From: Balanoglossus misakiensis
Lineage: Eukaryota > Animalia > Hemichordata
Assembly (NCBI GenBank): GCA_040954595.2
Contig: CM082584.2
Span: 1,767,344-1,831,343 of the forward strand
Direction of reading: 5' to 3'
Length of the DNA stretch: 64,000 bases
The notes beneath the pieces were generated by a model that made no database searches, had not been told where the DNA came from, and was given only the letters and a program-made list of their open reading frames with translations. A program made the translations under genes and the position numbers. Numbering within the stretch: the stretch's first letter is position 1; each line of letters starts with the position of its first letter. Positions 39,401 to 54,400 of this stretch are shown one piece after another.

Positions 39401-42400
39401 GTCATTTTTTGATGATTTTCACCTATGATTTTTTTCAAAAAAAGACAAAATTTTGAGATTTTGCGAAGTCGAAAATTTTTCATTTTTTGATGATTTTCAT
39501 CCATGATTTTTTTTTTAAAATCGACGAAATTTTGAGATTTTGCAAAGTTGAAAATTTTGTCATTTTTTGATGATTTTCACCCATGATTTTTTCAAAAATT
39601 GATGAAATTTTGAGATTTTGCAAAGTCGAAAATTTGTCATTTTTTGATGATTTTCACCCATGATTTTTTTTCAAAAATGGACGAAATTTTGAGATTTTGC
39701 AAAGTCGAAAATGTGTCATTTTTTGATGATTTTCACCCGTTTTTTTTAAACTTTGTCATTTTTTGATGATTTTCACCCATGATTTTTTTCAAAAATTGAC
39801 GAAATTTTGAGATTTTGCAAAGTCGGAAATTTGTCATTTTTTGATGATTTTCACCAATGTTGTTTTTAAAAAATCGACGAACCCATGATTTTTTCAAAAA
39901 TTGACGAAATTTTGAGATTTTGCAAAGTCGAAAATTTGACATTTTTTGATGATTTTCACCCATGATTTTTTTCAAAAATTGACGAAATTGTGAGATTTTG
40001 CAAAGTAAAAAATTTGTCATTTTTTGATGATTTTCACCCATGTTTTTTTTTTAAAAATCGACGAACCTATGATTTTTTTCAAAATCGACGAAATTATGAG
40101 ATTTTGCAAAGTCGAAAATTTTGTCATTTTTTGATGATTTTCACCCATGATTTTTTCAAAAATTGACGAAATTTTGAGATTTTGCAAAGTCGAAAATTTG
40201 TCATTTTTTGATGATTTTCACCCATTATTTTTTTCAAAAATCGACGAAATGTTGAGATTTTGCAAAGTCGAAAATTTGTCATTTTTTGATGATTTTCTCC
40301 CATGATTTTTTTCAAAAATCGACGAAATTGTGAGATTTTGCAAAGTCGAAAATTTGTCATTTTTTGATGATTTTCACCCATGTTTTTTTTTTAAAAATCG
40401 ACGAACCTATGATTTTTTTCGAAATCGACGAAATTTTGTGATTTTACAAAGTCGAAAATTTTGTCATTTTTTGGTGATTTTCACCCATGATTTTTTTTCA
40501 AAAATCGACGAAATTATGAGATTTTGCAAAGTTGAAAATTTTGTCATTTTTTGATGATTTTCACCCATGATTTTTTTTCAAAAATGGACGAAATTTTGAG
40601 CTTTTGCAAAGTCGAAAATTTGTCATTTTTTGATAATTTTCACCTATGATTTTTTTCAAAAAAAGACAAAATTTTGAGATTTTGCGAAGTCGAAAATTTT
40701 TCATTTTTTGATGATTTTCACCAATGTTGTTTTTAAAAAATCGACGAACCCATGATTTTTTTCAAAATCGACGAAATTTTGAGATTTTGCAAAGTCGAAA
40801 ATTTGTCATTTTTTGATGATTTTCAACCATTATTTTTTTTCAAAAATCGACGAAATTTTGAGATTTTGCAAAGTCGAAAATTTGTCATTTTTTGATAATT
40901 TTCACCTATGATTTTTTTCAAAAAAAGACAAAATTTTGAGATTTTGCAAAGTCGAAAATTTGTCATTTTTTGATGATTTTCAACCATTATTTTTTTTCAA
41001 AAATCGACGATAAAAATTTTGAGATTTTGCAAAGTCGAAAATTTGTCATTTTTTGATGATTTTCACCCATGATTTTTTTTCACAAATCGACGAAATTTTG
41101 AGATTTTTCAGTCGTAAATTTGTCATTTTTAATGATTTTCAACCATGATTTTTTTTCAAAAATCGACGAAATTTTGAGATTTTGCAAAGTTGAAAATTTT
41201 GTCATTTTTTGATGATTTTCACCCATGATTTTTTCAAAAATTGATGAAATTTTGAGATTTTGCAAAGTCGAAAATTTGTCATTTTTTGATGATTTTAACC
41301 CATGATTTTTTTTCAAAAATGGACGAAATTTTGAGCTTTTGCGAAGTCGAAAATTTGTCATTTTTTGATGATTTTCACCTATGATTTTTTTCAAAAAAAG
41401 ACAAAATTTTGAGATTTTGCGAAGTCGAAAATTTTTCATTTTTTGATGATTTTCATCCATGATTTTTTTTTTAAAATCGACGAAATTTTGAGATTTTGCA
41501 AAGTTGAAAATTTTGTCATTTTTTGATGATTTTCACCCATGATTTTTTCAAAAATTGATGAAATTTTGAGATTTTGCAAAGTCGAAAATTTGTCATTTTT
41601 TGATGATTTTCATCCATGATTTTTTTTTAAAAATTGACGATATTTTGAGATTTTGCAAAGTCGAAAATTTGTCATTTTTTGATGATTTTCACCAATGTTG
41701 TTTTTAAAAAATCGACGAACCCATGATTTTTTTCAAAATCGACGAAATTTTGAGATTTTGCAAAGTCGAAAATTTGTCATTTTTGATGATTTTCAACCAT
41801 TATTTTTTTTCAAAAATCGACGAAATTTTGAGATTTTGCAAAGTCGAAAATTTGTCATTTTTTGATAATTTTCACCTATGATTTTTTTCAAAAAAAGACA
41901 AAAATTTGAGATTTTGCAAAGTCGAAAATTTTTCATTTTTTGATGATTTTCATCCATGATTTTTTTTTTAAAATCGACGAAATTTTGAGATTTTGCAAAG
42001 TCGAAAATTTGTCATTTTTTGATGATTTTCACCAATGTTGTTTTTAAAAAATCGACGAACCCATGATTTTTTTCAAAATCGACGAAATTTTGAGATTTTG
42101 CAAAGTCAAAAATTTGTCATTTTTTGATGATTTTCAACCATTATTTTTTTTCAAAAATCGACGAAATTTTGAGATTTTGCAGTCAAAAATTTGTCATTTT
42201 TTGATGATTTTCACCCATGATTTTTTTCAAAAATTGACGAATTTTGAGATTTTGCAAAGTCGAAAATTTTTCATTTTTTATGATTTTCACCCATGATTTT
42301 TTTTCAAAAATCGACGAAAATTTGAGATTTTGCAAAGACGAAAATTTGTCATATTTGACGATTTTCACCCGTTTTTTTTCAAAATTTGTCATTTTTTGAT

Positions 42401-45400
42401 GATTTTCACCCATGATTTTTTCAAAAATTGACGAAATTTTGAGATTTTGCAAAGTCGAAAATGTGTCATTTTTTGATGATTTTCACCCGTTTTTTTCAAA
42501 ATTTGTCATTTTTTGATGATTTTCACCCATGATTTTTTCAAAAATTGACGAAATTTTGAGATTTTGCAAAGTCGGAAATTTGTCATTTTTTGATGATTTT
42601 CAACCATTATTTTTTTCAAAAATCGACGAAATTGTGAGATTTTGCAAAGTCAAAAATTTGTCATTTTTTGATGATTTTCACCAATGTTGTTTTTAAAAAA
42701 TCGACGAACCCATGATTTTTTCAAAAATTGACGAAATTTTGAGATTTTGCAAAGTCGAAAATTTGACATTTTTTGATGATTTTCACCCATGATTTTTTTC
42801 AAAAATTGACGAAATTGTGAGATTTTGCAAAGTAAAAAATTGGTCATTTTTTGATGATTTTCACCCATGTTTTTTTTTAAAAAATCGACGAACCTATGAT
42901 TTTTTTCAAAATCGACGAAATTATGAGATTTTAGCAAAGTCGAAAATTTTGTCATTTTTTGATGATTTTCACCCATGATTTTTTCAAAAATTGACGAAAT
43001 TTTGAGATTTTGCAAAGTCGAAAATTTGTCATTTTTTGATGATTTTCTCCCATGATTTTTTTCAAAAATCGACGAAATTGTGAGATTTTGCAAAGTCGAA
43101 AATTTGTCATTTTTTGATGATTTTCACCCATGTTTTTTTTTTAAAAATCGACGAACCTATGATTTTTTTCGAAATCGACGAAATTTTGTGATTTTACAAA
43201 GTCGAAAATTTTGTCATTTTTTGATGATTTTCACCCATGATTTTTTCAAAAATTGACGAAATTTTGAGATTTTGCAAAGTCGAAAATGTGTCATTTTTTG
43301 ACGATTTTCACCCGTTTTTTTTCAAAATTTGTCATTTTTTGATGATTTTCACCCATGATTTTTTCAAAAATTGACGAAATTTTGAGATTTTGCAAAGTCG
43401 AAAATGTGTCATTTTTTGATGATTTTCACCCGTTTTTTTCAAAATTTGTCATTTTTTGATGATTTTCACCCATGATTTTTTCAAAAATTGACGAAATTTT
43501 GAGATTTTGCAAAGTCAAAAATTTGTCATTTTTTGATGATTTTCACCAATGTTGTTTTTAAAAAATCGACGAACCCATGATTTTTTCAAAAATTGACGAA
43601 ATTTTGAGATTTTGCAAAGTCGAAAATGTGTCATTTTTTGACGATTTTCACCCGTTTTTTTTCAAAATTTGTCATTTTTTGATGATTTTCACCCATGATT
43701 TTTTCAAAAATTGACGAAATTTTGAGATTTTGCAAAGTCGAAAATGTGTCATTTTTTGATGATTTTCACCCGTTTTTTTCAAAATTTGTCATTTTTTGAT
43801 GATTTTCACCCATGATTTTTTCAAAAATTGACGAAATTTTGAGATTTTGCAAAGTCAAAAATTTGTCATTTTTTGATGATTTTCACCAATGTTGTTTTTA
43901 AAAAATCGACGAACCCATGATTTTTTCAAAAATTGACGAAATTTTGAGATTTTGCAAAGTCGAAAATGTGTCATTTTTTGACGATTTTCACCCGTTTTTT
44001 TTCAAAATTTGTCATTTTTTGATGATTTTCACCCATGATTTTTTCAAAAATTGACGAAATTTTGAGATTTTGCAAAGTCGAAAATGTGTCATTTTTTGAT
44101 GATTTTCACCCGTTTTTTTCAAAATTTGTCATTTTTTGATGATTTTCACCCATGATTTTTTCAAAAATTGACGAAATTTTGAGATTTTGCAAAGTCAAAA
44201 ATTTGTCATTTTTGATGATTTTCACCAATGTTGTTTTTAAAAAATCGACGAACCCATGATTTTTTCAAAAATTGACAAAATTTTGAGATTTTGCAAAGTC
44301 GAAAATTTGACATTTTTTGATGATTTTCACCCATGATTTTTTTCAAAAATTGACGAAATTGTGAGATTTTGCAAAGTAAAAAATTTGTCATTTTTTGATG
44401 ATTTTCACCTATGTTTTTTTTTAAAAAATCGACGAACCTATGATTTTTTTCAAAATCGACGAAATTATGAGATTTTGCAAAGTCGAAAATTTGTCATTTT
44501 TTGATGATTTTCACCAATGTTGTTTTTAAAAAATCGACGAACCCATGATTTTTTTCAAAATCGACGAAATTTTGAGATTTTGCAAAGTCGAAAATTTGTC
44601 ATTTTTTGATGATTTTCACCCATGATTTTTTTTCAGAAATCGACGAAAATTTGAGATTTTGCAAAGACGAAAATTTGTCGTTTTTGATGATTTTCACCCG
44701 TTTTTTTCAAAATTTGTCATTTTTTGATGATTTTCACCCATGATTTTTTCAAAAATTGACGAAATTTTGAGATTTTGCAAAGTCGAAAATGTGTCATTTT
44801 TTGATGATTTTCACCCGTTTTTTTTAAACTTTGTCATTTTTTGATGATTTTCACCCATGATTTTTTTCAAAAATTGACGAAATTTTGAGATTTTGCAACG
44901 TCGGAAATTTGTCATTTTTTGATGATTTTCACCAATGTTGTTTTTAAAAAATCGACGAACCCATGATTTTTTCAAAAATTGACGAAATTTTGAGATTTTG
45001 CAAAGTCGAAAATTTGACATTTTTTGATGATTTTCACCCATGATTTTTTTCAAAAATTGACGAAATTGTGAGATTTTGCAAAGTCGAAAATTTGTCATTT
45101 TTTGATGATTTTCACCCATGTTTTTTTTTTTTTAAATCGACGAACCTATGATTTTTTTCGAAATCGACGAAATTTTGTGATTTTACAAAGTCGAAAATTT
45201 TGTCATTTTTTGATGATTTTCACCCATGATTTTTTTTCAAAAATCGACGAAATTATGAGATTTTGCAAAGTTGAAAATTTTGTCATTTTTTGATGATTTT
45301 CACCCATGATTTTTTTTCAAAAATGGACGAAATTTTGAGCTTTTGCAAAGTCGAAAATTTGTCATTTTTTGATGATTTTCACCCATGATTTTTTTTTTAA

Positions 45401-48400
45401 AATCGACGAAATTTTGAGATTTTGCAAAGTCGAAAATTTGTCATTTTTTGATGATTTTCACCAATGTTGTTTTTAAAAAATCGACGAACCCATGATTTTT
45501 TTCAAAATCGACGAAATTTTGAGTTTTTGCAATGTCGAAAATTTGTCATTTTTTGATGATTTTCAACCATTATTTTTTTTCAAAAATCGACGAAATTTTG
45601 AGATTTTGCAAAGTCGACAATTTTTCATTTTTTGATGATTTTCACCCATGATTTTTTTTCAAAAATCGACGAAAATTTGAGATTTTGCAAAGACGAAAAT
45701 TTGTCGTTTTTGATGATTTTCACCCGTTTTTTTCAAAATGTGTCATTTTTTGATGATTTTCAACCATTATTTTTTTCAAAAATCGACGAAATTGTGAGAT
45801 TTTGCAAAGTAAAAAATTTGTCTTTTTTGATGATTTTCACCAATGTTGTTTTTAAAAAATCGACGAACCCATGATTTTTTCAAAAATTGACGAAATTTTG
45901 AGATTTTGCAAAGTCGAAAATTTGTCATTTTTTGATGATTTTCACCCATGATTTTTTTCAAAAATCGACGAAATTGTGAGATTTTGCAAAGTCAAAAATT
46001 TGTCATTTTTTGATGATTTTCACCCATGTTTTTTTTTAAAAAATCGACGAACCTATGATTTTTTTCAAAATCGACGAAATTATGAGATTTTGCAAAGTCG
46101 AAAATTTTGTCATTTTTTGATGATTTTCACCCATGATTTTTTCAAAAATTGACGAAATTTTGAGATTTTGCAAAGTCGAAAATTTGTCATTTTTTGATGA
46201 TTTTCACCCATTATTTTTTTCAAAAATCGACGAAATGTTCAGATTTTGCAAAGTCGAAAATTTGTCATTTTTTGATGATTTTCTCCCATGATTTTTTTCA
46301 AAAATCGACGAAATTTTGAGATTTTGCAAAGTCGAAAATTTGTCGTTTTTTGATGATTTTCACCCATGTTTTTTTTTAAAAAATCGACGAACCTATGATT
46401 TTTTTCAAAATCGACGAAATTGTGTGATTTTACAAAGTCGAAAATTTTGTCATTTTTTGATGATTTTCACCCATGATTTTTTTTCAAAAATCGACGAAAT
46501 TATGAGATTTTGCAAAGTTGAAAATTTTGTCATTTTTTGATGATTTTCACCCATGATTTTTTTTCAAAAATGGACGAAATTTTGAGCTTTTGCAAAGTCG
46601 AAAATTTGTCATTTTTTGATAATTTTCACCTATGATTTTTTTCAAAAAAAGACAAAATTTTGAGATTTTGCGAAGTCGAAAATTTTTCATTTTTTGATGA
46701 TTTTCATCCATGATTTTTTTTTTAAAATCGACGAAATTTTGAGATTTTGCAAAGTCGAAAATTTGTCATTTTTTGATGATTTTCACCAATGTTGTTTTTA
46801 AAAAATCGACGAACCCATGATTTTTTTCAAAATCGACGAAATTTTGAGATTTTGCAAAGTCGAAAATTTGTCATTTTTTGATGATTTTCAACCATTATTT
46901 TTTTTCAAAAATCGACGAAAATTTGAGATTTTGCAAAGTCGAAAATTTTTCATTTTTTGATGATTTTCACCCATGATTTTTTTTCAAAAATCGACGAAAA
47001 TTTGAGATTTTGCAAAGACGAAAATTTGTCGTTTTTGATGATTTTCACCCGTTTTTTTCAAAATTTGTCATTTTTTGATGATTTTCACCAATGTTGTTTT
47101 TAAAAAATCGACGAACCCATGATTTTTTTCAAAATCGACGAAATTTTGAGATTTTGCAAAGTCGAAAATTTGTCATTTTTTGATGATTTTCACCCATGAT
47201 TTTTTTTCAGAAATCGACGAAAATTTGAGATTTTGCAAAGACGAAAATTTGTCGTTTTTGATGATTTTCACCCGTTTTTTTCAAAATTTGTCATTTTTTG
47301 ATGATTTTCACCCATGATTTTTTCAAAAATTGACGAAATTTTGAGATTTTGCAAAGTCGAAAATGTGTCATTTTTTGATGATTTTCACCCGTTTTTTTTA
47401 AACTTTGTCATTTTTTGATGATTTTCACCCATGATTTTTTTCAAAAATTGACGAAATTTTGAGATTTTGCAACGTCGGAAATTTGTCATTTTTTGATGAT
47501 TTTCACCAATGTTGTTTTTAAAAAATCGACGAACCCATGATTTTTTCAAAAATTGACGAAATTTTGAGATTTTGCAAAGTCGAAAATTTGACATTTTTTG
47601 ATGATTTTCACCCATGATTTTTTTCAAAAATTGACGAAATTGTGAGATTTTGCAAAGTCGAAAATTTGTCATTTTTTGATGATTTTCACCCATGTTTTTT
47701 TTTTTTTAAATCGACGAACCTATGATTTTTTTCGAAATCGACGAAATTTTGTGATTTTACAAAGTCGAAAATTTTGTCATTTTTTGATGATTTTCACCCA
47801 TGATTTTTTTTCAAAAATCGACGAAATTATGAGATTTTGCAAAGTTGAAAATTTTGTCATTTTTTGATGATTTTCACCCATGATTTTTTTTCAAAAATGG
47901 ACGAAATTTTGAGCTTTTGCAAAGTCGAAAATTTGTCATTTTTTGATGATTTTCACCCATGATTTTTTTTTTAAAATCGACGAAATTTTGAGATTTTGCA
48001 AAGTCGAAAATTTGTCATTTTTTGATGATTTTCACCAATGTTGTTTTTAAAAAATCGACGAACCCATGATTTTTTTCAAAATCGACGAAATTTTGAGTTT
48101 TTGCAATGTCGAAAATTTGTCATTTTTTGATGATTTTCAACCATTATTTTTTTTCAAAAATCGACGAAATTTTGAGATTTTGCAAAGTCGACAATTTTTC
48201 ATTTTTTGATGATTTTCACCCATGATTTTTTTTCAAAAATCGACGAAAATTTGAGATTTTGCAAAGACGAAAATTTGTCGTTTTTGATGATTTTCACCCG
48301 TTTTTTTCAAAATGTGTCATTTTTTGATGATTTTCAACCATTATTTTTTTCAAAAATCGACGAAATTGTGAGATTTTGCAAAGTAAAAAATTTGTCTTTT

Positions 48401-51400
48401 TTGATGATTTTCACCAATGTTGTTTTTAAAAAATCGACGAACCCATGATTTTTTCAAAAATTGACGAAATTTTGAGATTTTGCAAAGTCGAAAATTTGTC
48501 ATTTTTTGATGATTTTCACCCATGATTTTTTTCAAAAATCGACGAAATTGTGAGATTTTGCAAAGTCAAAAATTTGTCATTTTTTGATGATTTTCACCCA
48601 TGTTTTTTTTTAAAAAATCGACGAACCTATGATTTTTTTCAAAATCGACGAAATTATGAGATTTTGCAAAGTCGAAAATTTTGTCATTTTTTGATGATTT
48701 TCACCCATGATTTTTTCAAAAATTGACGAAATTTTGAGATTTTGCAAAGTCGAAAATTTGTCATTTTTTGATGATTTTCACCCATTATTTTTTTCAAAAA
48801 TCGACGAAATGTTCAGATTTTGCAAAGTCGAAAATTTGTCATTTTTTGATGATTTTCTCCCATGATTTTTTTCAAAAATCGACGAAATTTTGAGATTTTG
48901 CAAAGTCGAAAATTTGTCGTTTTTTGATGATTTTCACCCATGTTTTTTTTTAAAAAATCGACGAACCTATGATTTTTTTCAAAATCGACGAAATTGTGTG
49001 ATTTTACAAAGTCGAAAATTTTGTCATTTTTTGATGATTTTCACCCATGATTTTTTTTCAAAAATCGACGAAATTATGAGATTTTGCAAAGTTGAAAATT
49101 TTGTCATTTTTTGATGATTTTCACCCATGATTTTTTTTCAAAAATGGACGAAATTTTGAGCTTTTGCAAAGTCGAAAATTTGTCATTTTTTGATAATTTT
49201 CACCTATGATTTTTTTCAAAAAAAGACAAAATTTTGAGATTTTGCGAAGTCGAAAATTTTTCATTTTTTGATGATTTTCATCCATGATTTTTTTTTTAAA
49301 ATCGACGAAATTTTGAGATTTTGCAAAGTCGAAAATTTGTCATTTTTTGATGATTTTCACCAATGTTGTTTTTAAAAAATCGACGAACCCATGATTTTTT
49401 TCAAAATCGACGAAATTTTGAGATTTTGCAAAGTCGAAAATTTGTCATTTTTTGATGATTTTCAACCATTATTTTTTTTCAAAAATCGACGAAAATTTGA
49501 GATTTTGCAAAGTCGAAAATTTTTCATTTTTTGATGATTTTCACCCATGATTTTTTTTCAAAAATCGACGAAAATTTGAGATTTTGCAAAGACGAAAATT
49601 TGTCGTTTTTGATGATTTTCACCCGTTTTTTTCAAAATTTGTCATTTTTTGATGATTTTCACCCATGATTTTTTCAAAAATTGACGAAATTTTGAGATTT
49701 TGCAAAGTCGAAAATGTGTCATTTTTTGATGATTTTCGCCCGTTTTTTTCAAAATTTGTCATTTTTTGATGATTTTCACCCATGATTTTTTCAAAAATTG
49801 ACGAAATTTTGAGATTTTGCAAAGTCGAAAATTTGTCATTTTTTGATGATTTTCAACCATTATTTTTTTCAAAAATCGACGAAATTGTGAGATTTTGCAA
49901 AGTAAAAAATTTGTCTTTTTTGATGATTTTCACCAATGTTGTTTTTAAAAAATCGACGAACCCATGATTTTTTCAAAAATTGACGAAATTTTGAGATTTT
50001 GCAAAGTCAAAAATTTGTCATTTTTTGATGATTTTCACCCATGTTTTTTTTTAAAAAATCGACGAACCTATGATTTTTTTCAAAATCGACGAAATTATGA
50101 GATTTTGCAAAGTCGAAAATTTTGTCATTTTTTGATGATTTTCACCCATGATTTTTTCAAAAATTGACGAAATTTTGAGATTTTGCAAAGTCGAAAATTT
50201 GTCATTTTTTGATGATTTTCACCCATTATTTTTTTCAAAAATCGACGAAATGTTGAGATTTTGCAAAGTCGAAAATTTGTCATTTTTTGATGATTTTCTC
50301 CCATGATTTTTTTCAAAAATCGACGAAATTTTGAGATTTTGCAAAGTCGAAAATTTGTCGTTTTTTGATGATTTTCACCCATGTTTTTTTTTTAAAAATC
50401 GACGAACCTATGATTTTTTTCAAAATCGACGAAATTGTGTGATTTTACAAAGTCGAAAATTTTGTCATTTTTTGATGATTTTCACCCATGATTTTTTTTC
50501 AAAAATCGACGAAAATTTGAGATTTTGCAAAGACGAAAATTTGTCGTTTTTGATGATTTTCACCCGTTTTTTTCAAAATTTGTCATTTTTTGATGATTTT
50601 CACCCATGATTTTTTCAAAAATTGACGAAATTTTGAGATTTTGCAAAGTCGAAAATGTGTCATTTTTTGATGATTTTCGCCCGTTTTTTTCAAAATTTGT
50701 CATTTTTTGATGATTTTCACCCATGATTTTTTCAAAAATTGACGAAATTTTGAGATTTTGCAAAGTCGAAAATTTGTCATTTTTTGATGATTTTCAACCA
50801 TTATTTTTTTCAAAAATCGACGAAATTGTGAGATTTTGCAAAGTAAAAAATTTGTCTTTTTTGATGATTTTCACCAATGTTGTTTTTAAAAAATCGACGA
50901 ACCCATGATTTTTTCAAAAATTGACGAAATTTTGAGATTTTGCAAAGTCGAAAATTTGTCATTTTTTGATGATTTTCACCCATGATTTTTTTCAAAAATC
51001 GACGAAATTGTGAGATTTTGCAAAGTCAAAAATTTGTCATTTTTTGATGATTTTCACCCATGTTTTTTTTTAAAAAATCGACGAACCTATGATTTTTTTC
51101 AAAATCGACGAAATTATGAGATTTTGCAAAGTCGAAAATTTTGTCATTTTTTGATGATTTTCACCCATGATTTTTTCAAAAATTGACGAAATTTTGAGAT
51201 TTTGCAAAGTCGAAAATTTGTCATTTTTTGATGATTTTCACCCATTATTTTTTTCAAAAATCGACGAAATGTTGAGATTTTGCAAAGTCGAAAATTTGTC
51301 ATTTTTTGATGATTTTCTCCCATGATTTTTTTCAAAAATCGACGAAATTTTGAGATTTTGCAAAGTCGAAAATTTGTCGTTTTTTGATGATTTTCACCCA

Positions 51401-54400
51401 TGATTTTTTTTCAAAAATCGACGAAATTATGAGATTTTGCAAAGTTGAAAATTTTGTCATTTTTTGATGATTTTCACCCAGGATTTTTTTTCAAAAATGG
51501 ACGAAATTTTGAGATTTTGCAAAGTCGAAAATTTGTCATTTTTTGATGATTTTCACCCATGTTTTTTTTAAAAAAATCGACGAACCTATGATTTTTTTCA
51601 AAATCGGCGAAATTGTGTGATTTTGCAAACTCGAAAATGTGTCATTTTTTGATGATTTTCACCAATGTTGTTTTTAAAAAATCGACGAACCCATGATTTT
51701 TTTCAAAATCGACGAAATTTTGAGATTTTGCAAAGTCGAAAATTTGTCATTTTTTGATGATTTTCAACCATTATTTTTTTTCAAAAATCGACGAAATTTT
51801 GAGATTTTGCAAAGTCGAAAATTTGTCATTTTTTGATAATTTTCACCTATGATTTTTTTCAAAAAAAGACAAAATTTTGAGATTTTGCGAAGTCGAAAAT
51901 TTTTCATTTTTTGATGATTTTCACCCATGATTTTTTTCAAAAATCGACGAAATTTTGAGATTTTGCAAAGTCGAAAATTTGTCATTTTTTGATGATTTTC
52001 ACCCATGATTTTTTTCAAAATTGACGAAATTTTGAGATTTTGCAAAGTCGAAAATTTGTCATTTTTTGATGATTTTCACCTATGATTTTTTTCAAAAATC
52101 GACAAAATTTTGATATTTTGCAAAGTCGAAAATTTGTCATTTTTTGATGATTTTCACCCATGATTTGTTTTCAAAAATGGACGAAATTTTGAGATTTTGC
52201 AAAGTCGAAAATTTGTCATTTTTTGATGATTTTCACATATGATTTTTTTCAAAAATCGACGAAATGTTGAGATTTTGCAAAGTCGAAAATTTGTCATTTT
52301 TTGATGATTTTCACCAATGTTGTTTTTGAAAAATCGACGAACCCATGATTTTTTTCAAAATCGACGAAATTTTGAGATTTTGCAAAGTCGAAAATTTTGT
52401 CATTTTTTGATGATTTTCACCCATGATTTTTTCAAAAATTGACGAAATTTTGAGATTTTGCAAAGTCGAAAATTTGTCATTTTTTGATGATTTTCACCCA
52501 TGTTTTTTTTAAAAAAATCGACGAACCTATGATTTTTTTCAAAATCGACGAAATTGTGTGATTTTGCAAACTCGAAAATGTTGTCATTTTTTGATGATTT
52601 TCAACCATGATTTTTTTCAAAATCGACGAAATTGTGTGATTTTGCAAACTCGAAAATGTTGTCATTTTTTGATGATTTTCAACCATGATTTTTTTTCAAA
52701 AATCGACGAAATTTTGAGATTTTGCAAAGTCAAAAATTTGTCATTTTTTGATGATTTTCACCCATGTTTTTTTTTAAAAAATCGACGAACCTATGATTTT
52801 TTTCAAAATCGACGAAATTATGAGATTTTGCAAAGTCGAAAATTTTGTCATTTTTTGATGATTTTCACCCATGATTTTTTCAAAAATTGACGAAATTTTG
52901 AGATTTTGCAAAGTCGAAAATTTGTCATTTTTTGATGATTTTCACCCATTATTTTTTTCAAAAATCGACGAAATGTTGAGATTTTGCAAAGTCGAAAATT
53001 TGTCATTTTTTGATGATTTTCTCCCATGATTTTTTTCAAAAATCGACGAAATTTTGAGATTTTGCAAAGTCGAAAATTTGTCGTTTTTTGATGATTTTCA
53101 CCCATGTTTTTTTTTTAAAAATCGACGAACCTATGATTTTTTTCAAAATCGACGAAATTGTGTGATTTTACAAAGTCGAAAATTTTGTCATTTTTTGATG
53201 ATTTTCACCCATGATTTTTTTTCAAAAATCGACGAAAATTTGAGATTTTGCAAAGACGAAAATTTGTCGTTTTTGATGATTTTCACCCGTTTTTTTCAAA
53301 ATTTGTCATTTTTTGATGATTTTCACCCATGATTTTTTCAAAAATTGACGAAATTTTGAGATTTTGCAAAGTCGAAAATGTGTCATTTTTTGATGATTTT
53401 CGCCCGTTTTTTTCAAAATTTGTCATTTTTTGATGATTTTCACCCATGATTTTTTCAAAAATTGACGAAATTTTGAGATTTTGCAAAGTCGAAAATTTGT
53501 CATTTTTTGATGATTTTCAACCATTATTTTTTTCAAAAATCGACGAAATTGTGAGATTTTGCAAAGTAAAAAATTTGTCTTTTTTGATGATTTTCACCAA
53601 TGTTGTTTTTAAAAAATCGACGAACCCATGATTTTTTCAAAAATTGACGAAATTTTGAGATTTTGCAAAGTCGAAAATTTGTCATTTTTTGATGATTTTC
53701 ACCCATGATTTTTTTCAAAAATCGACGAAATTGTGAGATTTTGCAAAGTCAAAAATTTGTCATTTTTTGATGATTTTCACCCATGTTTTTTTTTAAAAAA
53801 TCGACGAACCTATGATTTTTTTCAAAATCGACGAAATTATGAGATTTTGCAAAGTCGAAAATTTTGTCATTTTTTGATGATTTTCACCCATGATTTTTTC
53901 AAAAATTGACGAAATTTTGAGATTTTGCAAAGTCGAAAATTTGTCATTTTTTGATGATTTTCACCCATTATTTTTTTCAAAAATCGACGAAATGTTGAGA
54001 TTTTGCAAAGTCGAAAATTTGTCATTTTTTGATGATTTTCTCCCATGATTTTTTTCAAAAATCGACGAAATTTTGAGATTTTGCAAAGTCGAAAATTTGT
54101 CGTTTTTTGATGATTTTCACCCATGATTTTTTTCAAAAATCGACGAAATTATGAGATTTTGCAAAGTTGAAAATTTTGTCATTTTTTGATGATTTTCACC
54201 CAGGATTTTTTTTCAAAAATGGACGAAATTTTGAGCTTTTGCAAAGTCGAAAATTTGTCATTTTTTGATAATTTTCACCTATGATTTTTTTCAAAAAAAG
54301 ACAAAATTTTGAGATTTTGCAAAGTCGAAAATTTTTCATTTTTTGATGATTTTCATCCATGATTTTTTTTTTTAAATCGACGAAATTTTGAGATTTTGCA